From the NCBI RefSeq assembly GCF_006345805.1, contig NC_043001.1, positions 6,510,001-6,574,000 on the forward strand: DNA of 64,000 nt. The letters run 5' to 3'. This document shows positions 55,751-64,000 of this stretch, one piece after another; position 1 is the stretch's first letter; each line of letters begins with the position of its first letter. Position numbers and translations under genes: made by a program. Origin of the DNA: Octopus sinensis (lineage: Eukaryota). Under the pieces are notes generated by a model. It searched no databases, was not told where the DNA came from, and saw nothing but the letters and a program-made list of their open reading frames with translations.

Positions 55751-56118
55751 CTAGCAGTATTGCCCGGCGTTGCTCGGGTTTGTTTCGACCCTTTAGAATT
55801 GGAATTGTTGAAAAATTAAAAATCGTGCATTATGTAGCTTGTTATTCTCTTTAAGGGAACATTTTTCTGGTTGAAATACACCGAAAAGTGGCGACACAGC
55901 AGTCACAAAATCGTAAAAAATAGGCATTTTCATAGAAAAAAGCAACTTTTTGATGTAAATAATGTTTGGACTTAACATGGTCCGATTTAAATTTTATCTC
56001 CTACGGAATACAGAGCAAAATGTTGGTCAACTTGCACCGCAGGATCTCGAGGAGATAGTGTTAGTTGAAGTCTAGCAAACCTGACACACACAGACAACTT
56101 CAGCTTTATATATATAGA
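55751..56118 (-). mobile_element. Non-autonomous Helitron-like element
   Basis: Minus strand starts tctatatatataaagctgaagttgtctgtgtgtgtcagg and ends cccgagcaacgccgggcaatactgCTAG followed by T. Confidence 0.72.
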
Positions 56119-56334
56119 TAATCGCATGTTCTACTGCTTGAAGAAGGATATATTAGGGCATATTTGTTCTTTATTATATGCGTTGAAACGCTTAGATGTT
56201 GTCTAATTAGACATTCAGAGTAAATATCTGAGGCGCTCGGAACTACAGCTAAATGTCCTTCCAATTGCACATGTTACCGTCTTCATAAATTGTAATAAGT
56301 ATCCCTACAAAAAGTGCTGATGATGCTCAAATTA

Positions 56335-56800
56335 ACATGTGTGTATGTATGAGCTTGGTGAGGAGGGTGTTTATTGGACACCCTGCGGGATGAAAAACAA
56401 AACCCGTCAGAGGTCGGAGGAACTCTTGAGAGTCAACAGCCATCCAATAAATGTCTTAAGGCTGTTTCATACGTGGGGACATAGAAATAATCGGATTGAA
56501 TACCCGATCACGCTGTTAAACCATTGGGAGTGAAGGACTCCTAGCCTTTGTTAGGGCATCCTTCTAGGAGAAGGCAACTCAGGTAACTGGGATAACTCCG
56601 ACATAAAACCTGCGGCTCAGTGGTTACCGATGATGTTGACTTGTTCTTCTTTTCGGATTATGGCTGCTGTTGCTTAGTGAGTGGGATTGACTCAGTGGAC
56701 AGCTTTTCCTCACTATAAAAAAATCTTCTTGCACAGGCATTGCACGGTAACGACATTGATTAAGCCTCGTGCAATGGCCATACTCGATAACGAGGGGGCA
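56335..56800 (+). mobile_element. Probable RTE-type 5' UTR or derived repeat
   Basis: gggcatccttctaggagaaggcaactc...taaaacctgcgg resembles RTE 5' regions; recalled resemblance only. Confidence 0.4.
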
Positions 56801-57836
56801 GCCACCATATGTGTGTATGTGTTATGTTTGGGTGGGATAATATTTGAATTTCGAAACTGTTGCTGAAGACTCAAACGCACGTGCAGCATTCCCTGTTATA
56901 TTTTGTTCCTGAGAACACAGTAGAAGATTGTTCCTATAAACTTCGTATGTAAAGTTGAAGAAAGCTTTCAAGAACATCAGCTAAACATCGGGCATCAATG
57001 TTTTGATTTAATATCACATATTCAGCGATCTGTTGATCTAAGTATGAATTGTTGCTTGTATATATAACTCTGCAAATCAAACTGTAATCTGATGTTGACT
57101 GAAGCTTAAGAATTAATTTAATATAAACACAGGACAAAGGGGTAACAAGAATGAGGTCCTCGTTTATAATTAGCACTTAACAAATCGCTCGGGATTTAGA
57201 AGAATATACTACGGAATCCAGACACAGAGAGCAATTTACTCCGGTACACAGAAGATGTATCGAAGAATCGAGATTGACTAAACGAGCGAAAAGGAAAAAT
57301 TAAAATTAAATTCCGGTTCTTGATTGTCCTTATACGCACACATATATATATTGGGAGAATTTTCAGGACAGAGACACAATTGATCTGTGATAGCCATTCA
57401 CTCTTCTATGAAAGAACATGTCGAAAATGAATGGACTCATCAACTTCATACGAGATAATTCCTCTGCTTTTACAAAATATCTGAATGTGTGCGTATATGT
57501 ATGTATGTATGTATATATATTTATCTATCTAACTATCTTTCTATATATATATATTCAAATTTAAAGAGTAAGGGTAAAAATTGAATATTAATTTGATTAA
57601 TATCAATTTAAACCAGTGGCCTGGCATATGGAAAGAATCTGAGGATTCAGAAAACTTGTATTATGTACGTATAAGAGGGATGATCACTAGGTGGATATGC
57701 AATATGCTAGATATAGTCCCCAGTGGCCTGATCACCTGGAAAAGATTGTTCTCAAGAAAATTCAGAAAACGCCCGAATGTAAGCGAGCAATGCAAATGAA
57801 AAGTTACAAAATACAATGATTAGTCACATGCATTAC

Positions 57837-57873
<37 letters not shown>

Positions 57874-58394
57874 TGTGGAAAAAGTCCATGTAGAATGTGC
57901 TAAAATAAATTTATAAAAAAAACATTTCAGTACCAGTTTCGTTCATTGGGACTTATTTAACTGTAAGTATGGAAAACAATTAAATTATGGAAAAACTAAA
58001 TGAAAAGGTTTTAAAAAATATTTGCATAGTATTCAAACACAAGGGGATATTTTCCTTGTTTCTGCCTGTCTCTATCTTTCTTGTTTACTCTCGAATATAT
58101 ATATACATATATATATAGGTTTTGAGAGTAAGACCCAAAGGTGTCAGGTAATGTTGAGTAAGTGCTATGGATAGACAATATTTAAGCTCCAAGTTTTGGT
58201 GATTATGCGAATAAGGAGTCCAACATAGGTCATATATCAGCATGTGTATATATAATTTATTTTCCGAACGAGATAAAAAAAACAAAACAAAGGCTGTAAA
58301 GATTTTAGAACGTTTAGAAGACCTATTTATAAATGATCGAAAATCTTCACAGCCTTGGTTTTTTTTATCTCATTCTGAAAAAAATATATATAGA

Positions 58395-58436
<42 letters not shown>

Positions 58437-58497
58437 GTGTGTGTGTGTGTGTGTGTGTTGTGTGTGTGTGTGTTGTGTGTGTGTGTGTATATATATG

Positions 58498-58551
<54 letters not shown>

Positions 58552-59655
58552 GGTGTGTGTGTATCTATGTGTGTGTGGGAGCTTCTGGAAATGGGAGGAG
58601 AGCTGTAAAAACTGCTTTTAGAAAATCTGGTAAAAATACCCTTAGAAACGGAAAACACTAACCGGTAGCCCCTAAAGAGATTTGAACTATTTTCCTCTCA
58701 AATTCCAGCAGAGCCTTATGTACCATTGAATGGCTGTGTGTTTATACATTTCTCCTTCATTTAATGACAGATTCACTTCTGATATTTATATACTTTATCA
58801 TTCCTTCCAAACTTTACTTATTCTATAACTAATGTAAATGCAAATTTCCCTATTTTGTGGCATCCTTAAGTGTCGTCGTCACCGTCGTCGTCATCCTCCT
58901 CCTCCTCCTCCTCCCCATCATCATCATCATCATCAACATCATCATCGTCATCACCATCACCATCACCATCATCATCGTCGTAATCATCATCACTATATTT
59001 CACATTTTTCTGCTTTAGTTTATTTCTGACATGATTCTTTTGCAGCTTTCCTAACATTTGCTACTTCTTTTCGTTTGTGTGTTATCCTTATCCTTTATAT
59101 TCTTGCTTCGTTCCTATAATTTCCTTCCCAAATCTTATTAGCGTATTATCCCTTCTCTCGCTAATGCATTTCCCTTCTCATTACTTTTATCCATGTGACT
59201 ACCAACAGATTGTATCCGGCTGTAGAAAATACAGACCCGTTATCAGCGTCTTTTAACCAAATTTCACCTAAGGATATTCAGTAGCTGAGCATCCGCAACA
59301 TCAAACCCTACCTAACAACTCACAACATACATTCAGATACAAGTAAATGTTATCCCACTGTTTTTATTAGCAATGATTAAACTGACGGTTGCCAGTCACA
59401 TGACACCTACATCGGCCGCAGCTATGTTTTTACTTGGCTCGCCGAATCTTCTCTAGCATTTCATATCTTCAAAGGTCTCTGTCACTCATCCCCTTCGTGA
59501 GGCCCAACGTTCAAAGAGTGCTTTATACCTACCACCAGCACGGATGCCTTTTACGTGACACCAGCAACGTTTGTTCACGAATTTCTGTTCTTGCATGCTT
59601 TTATGAAACTGTTTCTTAATCCGTAGGGCCTATACATTGGACATATTTAAATGCA

Positions 59656-60204
59656 CGTGGTTGAGTCAAAAAGTAATGCCATTTTGTTTAGGGCAGGTAT
59701 AATTACCAGCACAGGAACAAGTATCATACATCAAAATGAAGCTGGTCCTCTGGGGATCACATCCCTACTTCACAACATAGTCACCGTTTCTCTCAATAGC
59801 AATGTTCTACCTTCGAATGAGAGCATGTATCCCTGCCCCGTGAAATTCTGTTGACTGTTCTTTGATCCACTTCTTGACTACAGTTTTTACTTCTTCGTCA
59901 CTGGAATAATGTTGGCCTCTCAAATCCTCTTTGATGAGGCCGAAGAGATGATAGTCCAGTGACGAGGAAGTGAAAACTGTAGTGAAGAAGTGGCTCAAAG
60001 AACAGTCAACATAATTTTATGGGGCAGGGATACATGCTCTCATTCGAAGGTAGAACATTGCTATTGAGAGAAACGGTGACTATGTTGAGAAGTAGGAATG
60101 TAAGCCACAGAGGACCAGCTTCATTTTAATGTATAATACATGTTCCTGTGTCGGTAATTATCCCTGTCCTACACAAAAGGGCATTACTTTTTGACTCACC
60201 CTCG
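59656..60204. mobile_element. Mariner-derived fold-back element built from two inverted transposase 3' ends
   Basis: TIR cgagggtgagtcaaaaagtaatgcc; both arms encode SSDEEVKTVVKKW(I/L)KEQST; minus arm reads DYHLFGLIKEDLRGQHYSSDEEVK...GIHALIRR. Confidence 0.9.
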
Positions 60205-62237
60205 TATTTCTAACTTACATTTCGAATCGTTACTGGTTGTTCTCTGATATTTAATGTAATATCATCGTACGCATAATCTAGATAATTCTTTGAACTTGAA
60301 TTTTAGGAATTGGGAGTTAGAAATGTCATAGCTTAATAATTCATGTGATAAAAGTCCTATTGTTGTATTACTCAGGTATCTGTTTACCTATATGTGAATA
60401 TGTAATTCTGAAAGCGATTTTATCCATTTGAACCTCACTGGTTCTAAATATTTAACGACATATTTCGTGATAATGTTACTATTAAGTAGAAAATTCTCGT
60501 AAACTGGATCACAAAAACATTTAGTAATTTCGTTCTGTATTAATATTCGTTTGAGTGCAGATGTTTATGGTATTGAATGGTTCACTTAAGATATCCACAA
60601 TTCTAATAACTAAATACCTCATTCAGAAAAACAGTTTGCATTATAAGGCGAACATGTGTTATTTCGTTTAATTCCAATTACAAAATGGTGATATAAATAC
60701 ATATTCATGTCTATTTTAATGATCGCAGGAATACACCTGCAGTGAACACAGCTAAAGCATTGTAAAGGTATACTCATTCGTTATCCCGTTATTCGCTTCT
60801 TTCACACAACACCTACAATCGAATCTTATACTATTCAAACCGATAAAGTTGAAAATATAGAAATCAGCATCCATTAACTATACATCATAAATATAAATAC
60901 GAGTTAACTTATATGGGAACTGATGTCATTGTTTATTGTCGAAAAATAATGATTGCCATTTACATAATCTGAAAAACAGAACCATTGCAATATCTACTGG
61001 GAGGGACAGCACACTTTGATTGTTGGCTTCTTAGAAAGAGCAGCCAAGTGGAAAAACAAAATAGTTATTATGGAAAAGAAGAGACTTACATTGTACAAAA
61101 AAAAAATAACCGCTTGAAAACTTGAAAACATGAGTTGGACTATACTTTAATCGACAGACTGTCGGCAAAATCCTTACAGCCCGGCTCCAGTCCTTCAGGT
61201 TCTAGGTTGAGATTCCACCCGGGGTCGATAAAATAAACTGTAGGTTACCATTTTGTTGGATGTTATCAACATCTCTTCTAAACATTGCTGGCCTTCATAC
61301 AAAATTAGAAATAAATAACAGGAGGCTATCAACGTTCATGAAACTACAGAGAGCAATGTCTTGTGACAGTCGTTTGGTGAGAATGGGAAAAATTAAAATG
61401 CATTTAACATACGATTCCTAAAGTAGAAATGCAACGTGGCACTTTTTGTTTTTGATTTTGTGGAACGTTTTTGAAAACAAGCTAAAATAGGTTTTTACTG
61501 TATCTGAAACAGATTTTTGAAGACTATCGAAAAAACTCGCCATTGTAACTGCAGCAAATATCATAATCATCATCATCATCATCATCGTCGTCGTCGTCAT
61601 CATCATCATCGATTACATCATCAAGGTCGTCATCATTATTATTATCGGCAGTAGTAGCAGCAGCAGCAGCGGTAGCAGCAGCAGCAGCAGAGTCGTTGCT
61701 ACTGTGTTCATCGTACTTCGTCATTATTCGTATAAAGCTTACCAGACATAGTGGAAACATATGATCATATAAGAAATGCTTTAATCGAATGGTTGATATC
61801 TTAATGCGAACTGACACGGCTGGAACGCTTATACTCATACGTCTTGTTCAATCTGCGATAGCTGTGGATTGAAGAATAACAAATGTTAAATAATAAATAG
61901 CATCCATGAAGTAATCAAGTATTGAATTATATCTTTTTCCCAATAAAAACTTTGACATATATTGCGAAGTATATTTGCCACCTAAATGTGGCTAACCCTT
62001 AAGGGTGGATGCTAATGTAGCTTGTAGCCCCAGTAAGACATTTCATCCAGCTGGATATTGATACACTTTCTGTGCCCGATCAGTATTTGCAAAGGGAAGT
62101 CATCCTTCTTATCTCCAGCCTGACGTGATACACACGGACCCGAGTTTCTGGACATTGACCCGTCATCAGCGTAGGACAACCACCGGCTGGCGATGTGAAG
62201 GGGTTCTCAATGCAAATATATATATATATATACATAC

Positions 62238-62312
<75 letters not shown>

Positions 62313-62325
62313 ATATATATAAATA

Positions 62326-62690
62326 TAAACTTAGATAAAACTTAGATATGTTTCGACCAAAGATTGGTCCAGGCCATGTCTAACTTAATACCACCACCTG
62401 ATAGGATTATCTAAATCCTGTTTAAGTCAAGTTTTGTTTATGGTCCATTCAAGTAGTGAGTCCTTGTTGGGTGAGTTGTATCCAATTATGGGTGGCTTAT
62501 CTGGTATTCTTTGAAGGAATCTATCCAGACTCCGTTTAAAGTTGATGGGATCCTTTTCCTCTTTGATCTCCCTTGGGACAATGTTACATAGATATACTTT
62601 TTCCGGTGACGAAAATTCACTAATCTCGAAAAAGTGGAAACAACCAATAACAATCTCTGTTTGAGGTACGAACAGTCGCTGCACGACATC
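62326..62690 (-). mobile_element. CR1-type LINE 3' end
   Basis: CNIVPREIKEEKDPINFKRSLDRFLQRIPDKP...NKDSLLEW*; tail catggcctggacc...ggtcgaaacata(tctaagttt)2. Confidence 0.8.
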
Positions 62691-63304
62691 GTGAAGAATA
62701 TTTGCCACCTAAATGTGGTTAACTCATAAGGGTTGATGTTACTCTGAAAGATTTTTATTGCTTAGACATATAATTTTCAATCTCTCAGCTGATGTATGTC
62801 TCCATACATCTCTCTCGTATTAATATTTACTCAGCTGTAAACATATTAACAAGGAAATTGCCCTATTGTGCTTACTTATATTTAACCCTATAATCTGCTG
62901 TTATGCCTAAAATCTGTAAATCTGAATATACGAGAAATCTCTCGGATCCTAGAAGACAAATGACAATGATTATTTGCTAATATCTAAATGAAAATGAAAT
63001 TACAAGTGCATCCATATGTATGCTGCAAATCGTTGCAGAAAATAGTTGTCACGTGCCCAAGCTAAAATATGTGGAAGAATTATCGATAACTACAATAAGA
63101 GTTCAAACACATGGTGCCTCAATTCCACAAATATGGAAATTGCAATAACATCACCGACAACAGATGTAGATCGAACTTACTTGATAAATCAGTGGAAAAG
63201 TGTCTCAATTTCTGTTTAGAGACATTTTCCAATCGAAGACGGATGTAGGGGGTTTGTTGGACACTACATGAGGCAGCTGTTGTTATCATTAGGCCTATCT
63301 CATC

Positions 63305-63553
63305 GTAAAGTAAATACCTATTTATTTACTACCCACAAGGGGCTAAACACAGAGGGGACAAACACGGACAGACAAACGGATTAAGTCGATTACATCGACC
63401 CCAGTGCGTAACTGGTACTTAATTTATCGACCCCGAAAGGATGAAAGGCGAAGTCGACCACGGCGGAATTTGAACTCAGAATGTAGCGGCAGACGAAATA
63501 CGGCTACGCATTTCGCCCGGTGCCCTAACGTTTCCACCAGCTAGCCGCCCTAA
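63305..63553 (-). mobile_element. Full-length SINE family 1
   Basis: Reverse complement of the 2436 and 12238 copies. Confidence 0.88.
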
Positions 63554-64000
63554 AGTAAATACCATCATGACCGATATCCAAACTACACTGAAAAAGGCTA
63601 CCCACCGGGATTGGTTAAAAAGAGACGATGAGTGATGGCTATAAGAACATTGAGCTTTTTTTGTAACCAGATGATATAGCAAACGGGGCCTCATATCAGT
63701 GAGCGGGGCCGGTGCGCAATTTTTCCTTGTGATGTTCCATGTACAACAGTCCTCATTTACACACAAAATAAACCATCTACTCAGAGCCCGATGATTGCCT
63801 GGAGACACAAAGACGCATTTTGAATAACTGCTTTGACACAAGTTTCAAACGCAAATAATTTTTTAGTTTCTAATTTCTTTACACTGTCTACATCGATATT
63901 GTCATCGATTGTTTAATCATTTTTACTAATTGCTGCTGTGAAGGCTTTATCACTCGTTCGCTTCTATGCAGGTTGGATAAGTTCATTGTCCAAGTCTGTC

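Overview
AT-rich eukaryotic DNA, dense in microsatellites and repeats. The SINE families and the (TA)n/(ATCT)n/(TAA)n landscape look to me like an Octopus (coleoid cephalopod) genome; this is recognition, not a database result. I found no confidently identifiable host protein-coding exon. Most ORF-track entries are microsatellite or SINE artefacts. The window reads as a large intron or intergenic region full of transposon remnants: CR1-type and RTE LINE fragments, four R4/Dong-like RLE LINE fragments, a Penelope-like GIY-YIG fragment, a DD37D Tc1/mariner relic, a mariner fold-back element, MITEs, two non-autonomous Helitrons and at least four tRNA-type SINE families. The most notable signal is a set of long palindromes. 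Several carry type I hammerhead ribozyme (HHR) folds. Two are intact-looking (15756-15855 and 42520-42615, both minus strand), unrelated in sequence, yet share a 6-bp stem I, an 8-nt palindromic stem III and a roughly 65-70 nt extended stem II. Several degenerate copies also occur. All folds were paired by eye; no activity is demonstrated.
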